Virus record (IMG/VR): IMGVR_UViG_3300047458_000106
DNA from: an uncultured virus (IMG/VR IMGVR_UViG_3300047458_000106)
Taxonomy: Duplodnaviria; Heunggongvirae; Uroviricota; Caudoviricetes
Reading direction: 5' to 3' (one strand)
DNA: 64,000 bases
Shown here: piece by piece, positions 38,756 to 48,049 of the stretch
How the letters are laid out: each line of letters begins with the position of its first letter
Numbering within the stretch: position 1 is the stretch's first letter
The notes under the pieces: generated by a model
The model's database searches: none
What the model was told of the DNA's origin: nothing
What the model saw: the letters and a program-made list of their open reading frames with translations, nothing else
Made by a program: the position numbers and the translations under genes

Positions 38756-39222
38756 TAGAATGCTCCACTACCTACTGGTACATCTAACGTTGTTATTGTT
38801 CCATCATCACCTGTTATAGTGATTCTAATTACATCAATACCATCTTCACCACAACCAGTGCATAAATCATATGCAACTGTATTACCAAGCATATCAAAGA
38901 AACCTGATATTTCACCTTCATTTGTTCCATCACCAAACATTTGGTCAACTAATTGTTTTGATATTTGAGCATAAATTCTTGATTCTAAGTTTCTAAGGAA
39001 TTTAGCATGGGTTGTACTTTCTGATTCACGTTCTGCTTTTGCAATTGCAGATTCAATGTCTTCTTGAATCTTATCTCTACGAGACTTCTGTTGGTTTTCT
39101 ATAGTCAAATAATGCGAACTAGTTCCGATACCACTAAATGATGGTGATTTAAATTTATGAACTATTTGGTCTGCAAATACATTACTTACGAGTAGACTTG
39201 CGACTAGTACTAATTTTTTCAT
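38755..39222 (-). CDS. csgF: Curli assembly component CsgF
   Basis: Signal then .VHKFKSPSF.G; adjacent to csgG. Confidence 0.85.
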   Translation of the reverse strand: MKKLVLVASLLVSNVFADQIVHKFKSPSFSGIGTSSHYLTIENQQKSRRDKIQEDIESAIAKAERESESTTHAKFLRNLESRIYAQISKQLVDQMFGDGTNEGEISGFFDMLGNTVAYDLCTGCGEDGIDVIRITITGDDGTITTLDVPVGSGAF

Positions 39223-39487
39223 CTTGTTTTCCTTCTTTTTTTAACTCTTGTTGTTTTCTGTATTCTACTACAGTATTTACTTTCTGTTGTAATCTAATTA
39301 AATCATTATCTAACATTCTTATTTGGTCGAGAAGATTGATTAGCATTTTATGTGATGCACTAATTGTTGGTTTCAACTTCTTAGTCACATACTGCCATAC
39401 ATACCAGATAAAATATCCCATACCAAAAGTCATTAGAACAGGATATCCTAATTCGTTGATAATTAAAACTATTTGGTCAATGTTCAC
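39182..39487 (-). CDS. Small membrane/coiled-coil protein
   Basis: TM helix then DNDLIR; paralog of the next gene. Confidence 0.75.
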   Translation of the reverse strand: MNIDQIVLIINELGYPVLMTFGMGYFIWYVWQYVTKKLKPTISASHKMLINLLDQIRMLDNDLIRLQQKVNTVVEYRKQQELKKEGKQDEKISTSRKSTRK

Positions 39488-39783
39488 TAGTCTCGTCTCG
39501 CATCAATTTTACCGTCTTCCATAAAATTTTCTGCACGAGCAACCCTGTCTATATCGGGTCTTAGTTCTAATGCCTCACTAACGATTAAATCAATTTTAAT
39601 CATGTCGTTGTTCATTTGACGAACTCTAGATTCTAAACCACTCATAATGTTTGTAAGTCCTTGTACAGAACCTGCAACACCATCAAGAATGTATTTTAAT
39701 GTCAAAAAGATAAAGAATCCCATAACGATAGCAGAACCTATCGGGATACCCACCTCCATTAATAATTTCACTACAGTTGTCAT
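39487..39783 (-). CDS. Small membrane/coiled-coil protein, first gene of the curli operon
   Basis: TM helix then NNDMIK. Confidence 0.75.
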   Translation of the reverse strand: MTTVVKLLMEVGIPIGSAIVMGFFIFLTLKYILDGVAGSVQGLTNIMSGLESRVRQMNNDMIKIDLIVSEALELRPDIDRVARAENFMEDGKIDARRD

Positions 39784-39790
39784 ACACTCC

Positions 39791-39798
39791 TATTTATA
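39791..39798 (-). promoter_or_regulatory. Late promoter of the curli-cyclase operon
   Basis: TATAAATA on the minus strand just before the first ATG. Confidence 0.8.
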
Positions 39799-39896
39799 AG
39801 AAAATCGACTTATAATAAGCATATATAATGAAATAATGGTTGACATTCGTTGTTTTACCATGTATAATTTTGTTACTATAAATTTGGAGTAATATA

Positions 39897-40526
39897 ATGA
39901 AAAGATTATTAATCTTATTAGCATTGATATCTGCGCCAGTATTTTCTGCAGAAAACTGGGATAGAACACAACTAAACTTAAAATTGCAAAAGAATGACTG
40001 GTCTATTAAATATAGAGAGTATGTTGCAGGTTTAGATAGTGATGGTGAAGTTGATAAATTTCACTGGCAAATGTCGTACAAATATGATAATTGGAGATTT
40101 GATTATCAATATTGGGAAAAAGATGGTAAAGTTGAACTTAGACCTAGATTTCAAGTAAAACTATTTAAACAAGAAAATGGTTTTTACTTTAGACCTAGGG
40201 TAGAGTATCGTGACAGAAGAGGCAAAGAAGAGTACTTTAGAGTCTGGACAACATTAGGTTGGGATGGCAACTATAGTTGTAACTCTGCACTTTTGTGTGT
40301 TGCACCTGCTATTCAATTTAGTCCTAGATTTGCATTTGATAAAGACCTTAAAAAAGGTGGTACTGACAATGGAGAACTAGAAGATATTCAAATGAGATTT
40401 CAAGTTAAAATCAAACCTAATGGTAGTAAAAAGATTACTATAAAACCTGGTTTTTGGTATGTAATGGATAATGATTACAATACAAAAAATCTTTATGCGA
40501 CATTTCAATTAGATGTCAAATTCTAA
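39897..40526 (+). CDS. Outer-membrane beta-barrel (small porin-like)
   Basis: Signal peptide; alternating aromatic strands; C-terminal FQLDVKF; promoter 39840-39868. Confidence 0.75.
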   Translation: MKRLLILLALISAPVFSAENWDRTQLNLKLQKNDWSIKYREYVAGLDSDGEVDKFHWQMSYKYDNWRFDYQYWEKDGKVELRPRFQVKLFKQENGFYFRPRVEYRDRRGKEEYFRVWTTLGWDGNYSCNSALLCVAPAIQFSPRFAFDKDLKKGGTDNGELEDIQMRFQVKIKPNGSKKITIKPGFWYVMDNDYNTKNLYATFQLDVKF

Positions 40527-40977
40527 ATATCAAATATTTGATGATTTTCTTGACGACCCAGATGAAGTCTTAGAGTTTTCTAAGAGTTCTAATTATTATA
40601 CTGCAAAACAATATGCAGAATATAATAAAAGCGAATCCATTGGTAAATGGCCAGGACTTCGAACTAAGAATCTTATGTTCGAACTTCCTGAGGTCGTCAA
40701 TAAAATACAAAACATGTTTGATGTAAAAGTTGGTTGGATTACTTTTTACAAACATTTACTAGAACAAAACATATCTGCACCCATGCCACATATTGATAAA
40801 GCATGGGATTTTTCGGGTGTCATTTATCTAGAAGGTAATGGTGGTACTTGGATAGATGGTGACGAAGTCCCATTCAAATACAATCGTGCAGTTTGTTTCA
40901 ATGCAAACGTACCACATCACCCACTTCACGGTAATACAGATAGAACTGTAATTACATTCTTTTCTTGGTTTAAATAA
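40513..40977 (+). CDS. 2OG-Fe(II) oxygenase-like protein
   Basis: DDF.DDP, WPG.RT, PHID, GVIYL, NR...F...H, R. Confidence 0.7.
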   Translation: MSNSKYQIFDDFLDDPDEVLEFSKSSNYYTAKQYAEYNKSESIGKWPGLRTKNLMFELPEVVNKIQNMFDVKVGWITFYKHLLEQNISAPMPHIDKAWDFSGVIYLEGNGGTWIDGDEVPFKYNRAVCFNANVPHHPLHGNTDRTVITFFSWFK

Positions 40978-41082
40978 GCGACATATTCTGTCGTAGCATT
41001 ACACTTATTTTAATTACAAGTATTGACAATTCTTGTCTGACCCTGTAAAATACTTGTATTAAGAATGAGAAAAGAGGTAAAA

Positions 41083-41493
41083 ATGCAAAATGATAAATTT
41101 ATTGAAAAGGTAAAAGATTACCTTTATGGTTCAAATGCAATAGGTTACGAAAATAGTGAATATACTTTCCACTGGGATTACGATGAAAATGTAAAAGAAG
41201 TAGAAATCACCGATGAAAAATTAGCAGAAGAATTAGGTGAGTCTTTGCCTTGGGTCAGAGGTTATGTTGACTTTAGAAAAAATGACTTCAAGAAAGGTAT
41301 AAACATAAAATTTCAGAAAAAACAGGTATTTGTTCCTTACGAAGACTTTATTGAAAAACGAGTAAAAGTTTGGTTAGATGGTTATCAAACAAATTACAGT
41401 CGTGATGGTTATTTTTCTGACCCATTGTGTGAGAATTTTGAATATTGGAATTTTAACTTTCAACCAGAGGTAGAAAAATTTCAATTAATATGA
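41083..41493 (+). CDS. Early hypothetical protein
   Basis: Promoter 41023-41051 and AGAGGT SD. Confidence 0.75.
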   Translation: MQNDKFIEKVKDYLYGSNAIGYENSEYTFHWDYDENVKEVEITDEKLAEELGESLPWVRGYVDFRKNDFKKGINIKFQKKQVFVPYEDFIEKRVKVWLDGYQTNYSRDGYFSDPLCENFEYWNFNFQPEVEKFQLI

Positions 41494-41562
41494 AAAAAAG
41501 AGTTGACAATTATTGTTTGACTTGTTATAATAACAACATAAATTAATAAACAGAGAGGTAAA

Positions 41563-41823
41563 ATGTTAAGTAAAACTTTAATAAAAGAACTGTCAAAGAT
41601 TCAGACACCTGAACAATTGGCAGAAGTCTACAATTTCGGTAAAAATATTTTAGACACTCTTGCGAAAGCAAGTTTTCAAGAAGGTGACGGCGTGTTCGTT
41701 GTTCAAAAAACTAAAAAAACTTTTGGTACAATCATTGAGATTAAACAAAAGAAAGCAATTATTCAAATGAGAGGTTCACAATACAGAGTTCCTCTTTCAA
41801 TGCTTGAAAAAGCAGATATCTAA
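41563..41823 (+). CDS. Early hypothetical protein
   Basis: Promoter 41503-41531 and AGAGGT SD. Confidence 0.75.
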   Translation: MLSKTLIKELSKIQTPEQLAEVYNFGKNILDTLAKASFQEGDGVFVVQKTKKTFGTIIEIKQKKAIIQMRGSQYRVPLSMLEKADI

Positions 41824-41839
41824 TATAAGAGAGGTATAT

Positions 41840-42274
41840 ATGAAACAAAATATTAATTACGAAGTATCCGAAGATACGAGTAATATCGGCGGTACTTGTC
41901 TTCAAGCATCATTTAGTGAAATGGGTATCAAACCAATGACATTCAAAGAATTAGTTGGTGTATTTGGTGCTCCCACTGACATTATGTTTGGCGATGAAAA
42001 AAGTGAGTACACTTGGGCAATTGAAGGTAAAAGAGAATTCTTCAACGAAGAATTACAATGCGATGATTTTGAAACTTTTCAGTTCACTATCTACGATTGG
42101 AAAGAAAGTCTTTATGGACCTCAGTCTTTAGAGACCATGCCTGTAGATTGGCATGTTGGCGGTTTCGACTACAACTCAAGTGTAGATTACGCATACAGAA
42201 TTTTGGTTAAAGAAATTCAACCAGAATATAATTTTAACAAACTACCCGAGACTATTTCTTGGGTGCAATCATAA
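41840..42274 (+). CDS. Early hypothetical protein
   Basis: AGAGGT SD; FG.P...W...TIYDWK...WHVGG. Confidence 0.75.
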   Translation: MKQNINYEVSEDTSNIGGTCLQASFSEMGIKPMTFKELVGVFGAPTDIMFGDEKSEYTWAIEGKREFFNEELQCDDFETFQFTIYDWKESLYGPQSLETMPVDWHVGGFDYNSSVDYAYRILVKEIQPEYNFNKLPETISWVQS

Positions 42275-42284
42275 AGGAGGTTAT

Positions 42285-43241
42285 ATGGTAGCGGCAGTTG
42301 AAAGTATGGCATATGCAGGAGAAGTTCCATGGCATGGCCTTGGTACGAAAGTTAGTGATGACTTGAGTCCCAACCAAATAATGGTGAAAGCAGGACTTGA
42401 TTGGCAAGTCGACAAGGTGCCAACTTATGCAAGAGTTGGTGAAATTGAAGTTCCTACTGGGCAAGAAGCACTAGTAAGAAGTTCTGATAATAAAGTTCTT
42501 ACTCAAGTTGGTAAGAATTGGTACCCAGTACAAAACGAAGAGGCATTTGAATTCTTCTCAGAGTACTGTTTAGCAGGTGACATGAGTATGGAAACTGCTG
42601 GTTCATTACGTGATGGTAAAATGGTTTGGGGACTTGCAAAAGTCAAAGAGTCATTTGACATTGGTAAAAATGACCAGGTAGATTCGTACTTATTATTTGC
42701 AAACCCACACGAGTATGGAAAGTCTATTGATATTAGATTTACTCCAATCAGAGTTGTTTGCAATAATACTTTAAGTATGGCATTAGCATCTGTTAAAAAC
42801 CAGGGTGCAAAATTGAACCACAGAAAAGTGTTTGATGCTGACCACGTGAAAGAGACTATGGGTCTTGCAAGTGAGAAGTTTTCTCAATACAAAGATGTGG
42901 CACAATTTCTTGCAAGTAAAAACTTTAGTGCGAAAGCATTAGTTCAATACTACAATGAAGTGTTCCCTAGAACTTACCAAGGTAAAAAACCTGTGACAGT
43001 TGAAAAGTTTGAAGACTTATCTACTACAGGTCAAGATGCATACTCAGTTCTTGAGACCCAACCGGGTGCTGAAATGGGTGCAGGAACTTGGTGGCAGGCA
43101 CTTAACTCAGTTACTTATCTTACAGACCACAAGATGGGTAGAGAGGCAGATTCGAGAATGGCATCTGCATGGTTTGGTAGAAACCAAACTAGAAAGATTA
43201 AAGCAGTCGAGAAGGCAGTAGAATACGCCGAAGCGGCATAA
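42285..43241 (+). CDS. DUF932 family phage/plasmid protein
   Basis: PWHGLG, AGLDW.V, ETAGSL, TPIRVVCNNTL. Confidence 0.88.
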   Translation: MVAAVESMAYAGEVPWHGLGTKVSDDLSPNQIMVKAGLDWQVDKVPTYARVGEIEVPTGQEALVRSSDNKVLTQVGKNWYPVQNEEAFEFFSEYCLAGDMSMETAGSLRDGKMVWGLAKVKESFDIGKNDQVDSYLLFANPHEYGKSIDIRFTPIRVVCNNTLSMALASVKNQGAKLNHRKVFDADHVKETMGLASEKFSQYKDVAQFLASKNFSAKALVQYYNEVFPRTYQGKKPVTVEKFEDLSTTGQDAYSVLETQPGAEMGAGTWWQALNSVTYLTDHKMGREADSRMASAWFGRNQTRKIKAVEKAVEYAEAA

Positions 43242-43399
43242 TCTTTTCAAACGAGGAAAGTCAACTTTAGGGTTGACTTTTCTTGTATATATAAGTATAA
43301 TGTAGGCAAGATTAATGATTAATTGGTTCAAAAAGTTATTCTCAAAACAAGAAGAAAAAGAAGAATGTCATTACGAACTTTGGATTAAAGAACAAGAAG

Positions 43400-43699
43400 A
43401 TGAACATTATTTGCAAAAACGAAAAGATTCAAAACAAAGCAGTAGACCTAGTAAAACAACTCAAGATTGATGACAAAGACGTAATCGTTTCGATTAGAAA
43501 ATTACCAAAAAACATTTCATTACAAAATACTAAAGGGTATATTGAGTTTGATGAACAATTAGAACATTTAGATATCTACATTAGATACGATGAAGAAAAA
43601 TATATCACACTTGCACATGAGTTAATTCATGCACAACAATTGTTGACGAAAGGTGAGATAGATGAAGACGATGCTTATGAAAGAGAAACAAAATTTTAA
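43400..43699 (+). CDS. Small zincin-like protein
   Basis: TLAHELIHAQQ...E..AY. Confidence 0.65.
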   Translation: MNIICKNEKIQNKAVDLVKQLKIDDKDVIVSIRKLPKNISLQNTKGYIEFDEQLEHLDIYIRYDEEKYITLAHELIHAQQLLTKGEIDEDDAYERETKF

Positions 43700-44363
43700 A
43701 CACGTTCCAGTAGAACTAACTGAAATGGATGCGGTTACGACAGATGAAGGTCGTAAGTATCACACACCCGAAGGCATAGACTTACCATCGATTACTACAG
43801 TATTATCGATACTTAGCAGAGATAGTATTGCAAAGTGGCGTAAAAGAGTCGGTGAAGTAGAAGCAAATAAGATATCAACTCGTGCGGCGAATCGTGGTAC
43901 TGCAGTTCATACAGTTTGCGAAAAGTATCTAGACAATGATGCTGACTATCTAGATGGCGTAATGCCAAACAATATAGAAACGTTTCAAAAGATAAGACCT
44001 ATTCTAGATGAAAACATAAACAATATTCATGCTCAAGAGGCACCACTTTATTCTAATTATCTAGGTGTTGCTGGTAGAGTTGATTGTGTTGCAGAATGGC
44101 AGGGCAAACTATCTATTATTGATTTCAAAACAAGTCGTAAGTTTAAAAAGAAACAGTGGTGTCACAACTACTTTATGCAAGAATCTGCATATGCGATTAT
44201 GTGGGAAGAACGAACACAAATACCTATCACTCAACTCGTAACTCTTATTGCAGTTGATGATAGAGACCCAATTGTATACATTGAGCATAGAGACAATTGG
44301 GTCACACCACTTAAATCAGTAATTACTCAATGGAACGAAGAAAATACTAGTATAAAATTTTAA
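43662..44363 (+). CDS. PD-(D/E)XK exonuclease
   Basis: PSITTVL, RGT.VH, AGRVD, IDFKTS, Q..AY. Confidence 0.88.
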   Translation: MKTMLMKEKQNFKHVPVELTEMDAVTTDEGRKYHTPEGIDLPSITTVLSILSRDSIAKWRKRVGEVEANKISTRAANRGTAVHTVCEKYLDNDADYLDGVMPNNIETFQKIRPILDENINNIHAQEAPLYSNYLGVAGRVDCVAEWQGKLSIIDFKTSRKFKKKQWCHNYFMQESAYAIMWEERTQIPITQLVTLIAVDDRDPIVYIEHRDNWVTPLKSVITQWNEENTSIKF

Positions 44364-44381
44364 CTATTATAAATAGTAGTT

Positions 44382-45443
44382 ATGCAACCATTACTAGAAG
44401 CAAAATTAAAAGCAGAAGATTACGAAGCGGCAATAGTTATGGGTTTTTATACTGTAACTAAAAGAGTAATGGAATCTACAGAAAACTATGGCATTAAACA
44501 AAGTCTTTATGATAAAATAGAAAATACTCCAAGTGCCAAAAAAGCAGGTGAATTAATTGCGACAAAAATACTAAAAGATTACCCACAACTAAAGAATAAA
44601 AAAGCAGAAGTATTTGGTAGAGCAAAATCTAATTTAACAGATTTTTGGAAATCATATGGTGGTTCAGACACTACACCAAAAACAGATATAAAAATAGGTG
44701 ATAAAAACTTTTCAGTTAAAATAGGTTTAGCACAATTAATGTCTGGTGGTAAAGCAGAATCAACTGCAACGTTTCAAGCGGCAGTCAAGAATTCTAATCC
44801 AGATTTAGTAAAAAGTCCTCAGTATAAAAAAACAACTCAAGTATTAGAAGGTTTTGTAAAGAATACATTAGCACCATCACAACTTAGACCTTTGATTAAA
44901 TCTGGCACAGATAAAGTTGTTAATGCCGCGGAAAAAGCACACAAAGATTGTATGTCTGAACTTGGTAAATTATTTAATGAATCAGAGTCATTCAAAGTAG
45001 AATTTGCCAAAGAAGCAATGTCTGGTTATGAAAAGTTTGGTAAAAATAGTCCAGCATCTGCAGATTTAATGCTGGTTGCTACTGCTGACGGTGGTAAAAC
45101 AGTAATTCAAGATGTTAATGACGATGCTTATTGTTTAAAAATAGCAAACGCAATGAGACTTCAAGCAAGATTTAAAACATCATCAAGAAAAATAAAAGGT
45201 GTAAAAACAGGAGAATATAATTATTGGTCAGTTGTATCTTTAATAGTAAATTCTATGTCAGAAGAATTAGAATCAGGCGAAAAAGAAATGTTGATTGAAA
45301 TCAATATATTAAATAAAGTTAAATCATTTGTAAGTAAAACATGGAGTAAAGTTACAAACTTTTTTAAAAAAGGTTTGAGACAACTTACATCTTTTCTTGG
45401 TGCAATACCAGATATTAGAGTAAAAAGAAATGTTAAGTTTTAA
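44382..45443 (+). CDS. Late protein, possible PD-(D/E)XK-like fold
   Basis: TATAAATA 44368-44375; TPKTD...SVK. Confidence 0.6.
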   Translation: MQPLLEAKLKAEDYEAAIVMGFYTVTKRVMESTENYGIKQSLYDKIENTPSAKKAGELIATKILKDYPQLKNKKAEVFGRAKSNLTDFWKSYGGSDTTPKTDIKIGDKNFSVKIGLAQLMSGGKAESTATFQAAVKNSNPDLVKSPQYKKTTQVLEGFVKNTLAPSQLRPLIKSGTDKVVNAAEKAHKDCMSELGKLFNESESFKVEFAKEAMSGYEKFGKNSPASADLMLVATADGGKTVIQDVNDDAYCLKIANAMRLQARFKTSSRKIKGVKTGEYNYWSVVSLIVNSMSEELESGEKEMLIEINILNKVKSFVSKTWSKVTNFFKKGLRQLTSFLGAIPDIRVKRNVKF

Positions 45444-47679
45444 TGAACACATAGCAGAAGTTGAAGAAGGTGTTAATGACCCTGCAATCTTCAAAGCAAT
45501 CTTTCTTGCTGGTGGACCAGGTAGTGGTAAATCATTTATTGTTGGTAAAACAGGACTTACATCTTTAGGGTTTAAAGTTGTAAATTCTGATACTGCATTT
45601 GAACGTGCAATGAATCAAGCAGGTATGGAAATGAACCCTGATAATATTTTTTCTGTTGGTGGTCAACAAATGAGAGGTAAAGCAAAAGAGTTGACTGCAA
45701 AACAACAAATGTTATATATGAAAGGCAGACTTGGTTTAGTTATTGATGGTACTGGACGTGATGCAGATAAAATAATTAGACAGAATGAAAAACTAAAAGA
45801 ACTAGGTTATTCTACTGCAATGATATTTGTCAATACAGACAAAGAAACTGCTTTACGTAGAAATATGGAAAGAGCAAGAAGACTAGACCCGAAAGAAGTT
45901 GCAAAGATGTGGGATAACGTTCAAAGAAATGTTGGTAAGTATCAAAGAGCATTTAAAAGTAGATTAACAATAGTTGACAACTCAGATGGAAAAGACTATA
46001 ATAAAGAAACAACTAGAGCATTTAGAATAATGAAACAATTTGCAGAGAAGAAACCTATGAATCCGATTGCACAAAAGTGGATAAAGACTCAGAAAGAAGA
46101 GACGAACCCTAGAATACCTAGAAAGAAAGGTCAACCTGCTAATTCTAAGAAACATTCTGATTTATATACAGATGAAAATCCTAGAGGTACAATACACGGA
46201 TTGGGTTTCAAAGATGTTGAAACTGCACGAGCAAGTATTAAAAAGATAGAAAACTCTGGTAAAAAACATGCACATAAAATACAGGCGGCAGTTGCTATGG
46301 AACAACGTGCAAGAGAAATGGGTAAAACTGCAGAAGCGGCCATCTATCGTACATATATTAATAAGATGAAAAAGAAAACAAAAGAAATGAACAAAGAAGA
46401 TTACATGGAGTATCACCCAAAGAACAATAAAAAGTATCGTAAGTTGACACCATTTCAAACAGAATCTTACAAAAGTCTTTTTCTACCAGAAGAAAAGAAT
46501 ACACATATGACACATATAGAAGATAAAGTTCTGTATGGTGGAGTCAAAGGTACAAGAGAGGCAATCAATGCCTTGAGAAGTATACGTGATATGTTAGCAG
46601 GTAAATCATCAACTAAGATGTCAGTTAAGTGGGATGGTGCACCAGCAATCTTCTGTGGTGAAGACCCAAGTGATGGTAAGTTCTTTGTTGCTAAGAAAGG
46701 TATCTTTGCTAAGAATCCGAAAGTATACAAATCAAATGCTGATATTGATGCTGATACTTCAGGAGATTTAGCAGAGAAATTAAAACTTGCATTGAAGCAT
46801 TTAAAGAATCTTGGTATTAAAGATGTCATACAAGGTGACTTCTTGTACTCAAAACAAGACTTAAGTAAAACTAAAATAGATGGTAAGCAGTATATTACAT
46901 TTCACCCAAACACAATTGTCTATGCAGTAGAGGCAGGCACAGAAGCGGCCAAACGTATTACTAAGTCACAGATTGGCATAGTTTGGCATACAACATATAA
47001 AGGTAAAGACTTTGCATCGATGAAAGCATCATATGGTGTGAAAAAGATACCATCTTCTCCAGCAGTTTGGTCGCAAGATGCAGAACTAAGTGGCGCTGGT
47101 GAGGCAACAATGAATGAAAAAGAAACTAAAGAAGTTACAAGTTATTTAAGTACTGCTGGTTTTCTATTCAATAAAGTCGCTGGTGATACACTTCGAGAAC
47201 TAGAAAAGAATCCAGAACTTGCACAATTAATCGAACAATACAACAATACTTTTGTTAGAGCAGGGCAAATGTTACCAGATAGTAAGAAACATACTGCAAG
47301 ATTGATACGTTGGATAGAGAATAAGTATAAAAAAGAAATGGACAAACGTAAAACTGCAAAAGGAAAACAAACACAACAAGACAAGTTAGACACAATTTTA
47401 AAGTTTTTTTCACCACAAAATAGAGTTTCGCTTGTCAATATGTTTGATTTACAAAAGAATATAGTTCTCGCAAAACTAAAACTTATAAATAGATTAAACA
47501 ACATTAGCAATATTGATGCATTTGTGAAAACACCGAAAGGTTATAAAACTACTGGTGCAGAAGGATATGTTGCTATTGATAAATTAGGTGGTGGCGCAGT
47601 TAAGTTAGTTGATAGATTAGAATTCTCTTACAACAACTTTTCTCCAAATATATTGAAAGGATGGGATAAACCGAGGTAA
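45430..47679 (+). CDS. Fusion: P-loop kinase + conserved basic domain + KxDG (DUF6267-like) domain
   Basis: AGGPGSGKS/DGT; HSDLYTDENP; KNTH..H.ED...SVKWDGAPA...EGYV. Confidence 0.7.
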   Translation: MLSFNEHIAEVEEGVNDPAIFKAIFLAGGPGSGKSFIVGKTGLTSLGFKVVNSDTAFERAMNQAGMEMNPDNIFSVGGQQMRGKAKELTAKQQMLYMKGRLGLVIDGTGRDADKIIRQNEKLKELGYSTAMIFVNTDKETALRRNMERARRLDPKEVAKMWDNVQRNVGKYQRAFKSRLTIVDNSDGKDYNKETTRAFRIMKQFAEKKPMNPIAQKWIKTQKEETNPRIPRKKGQPANSKKHSDLYTDENPRGTIHGLGFKDVETARASIKKIENSGKKHAHKIQAAVAMEQRAREMGKTAEAAIYRTYINKMKKKTKEMNKEDYMEYHPKNNKKYRKLTPFQTESYKSLFLPEEKNTHMTHIEDKVLYGGVKGTREAINALRSIRDMLAGKSSTKMSVKWDGAPAIFCGEDPSDGKFFVAKKGIFAKNPKVYKSNADIDADTSGDLAEKLKLALKHLKNLGIKDVIQGDFLYSKQDLSKTKIDGKQYITFHPNTIVYAVEAGTEAAKRITKSQIGIVWHTTYKGKDFASMKASYGVKKIPSSPAVWSQDAELSGAGEATMNEKETKEVTSYLSTAGFLFNKVAGDTLRELEKNPELAQLIEQYNNTFVRAGQMLPDSKKHTARLIRWIENKYKKEMDKRKTAKGKQTQQDKLDTILKFFSPQNRVSLVNMFDLQKNIVLAKLKLINRLNNISNIDAFVKTPKGYKTTGAEGYVAIDKLGGGAVKLVDRLEFSYNNFSPNILKGWDKPR

Positions 47680-47680
47680 A

Positions 47681-48043
47681 ATGAAATCATTTAAAGAGTT
47701 CACAACTACAGACGAAGCAATGACTGTTCAACAAAGGTTGAAAAGGTCTCGTCAATTCAAAAAAATCAAGGCAAAAATCGCAATGGGTCGAAAGAAAGCG
47801 GCCCGTAAAATAGCATCACCTGAGAAACTAAAGAAACGTGCATTGAAAAAAGCACGTCTAAAGTTCTTTAAGAAAATAACTAAAGGTCAAGCACCACAAG
47901 ATATATCTCTTGCTCGAAGAAATGAGATAGAGAAAAAACTTGATAAGATGAAACCTAAGATTCAAAAGTTTGCTAGGAAGATTTTACCACAAGTAAGGAA
48001 AGATGAATTAGCAAAGAAAAAGAAATCTAAAGAAAACAAATAA
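47681..48043 (+). CDS. Very basic protein with capsid-targeting-like N-terminus
   Basis: MKSFKEFTTTDE. Confidence 0.7.
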   Translation: MKSFKEFTTTDEAMTVQQRLKRSRQFKKIKAKIAMGRKKAARKIASPEKLKKRALKKARLKFFKKITKGQAPQDISLARRNEIEKKLDKMKPKIQKFARKILPQVRKDELAKKKKSKENK

Positions 48044-48049
48044 TATATC

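Noticed and set aside
43662..44363. Cas4 / CRISPR system
   Set aside because: Generic PD-(D/E)XK exonuclease without the Cas4 Cys cluster; no repeat-spacer array was seen in the window.
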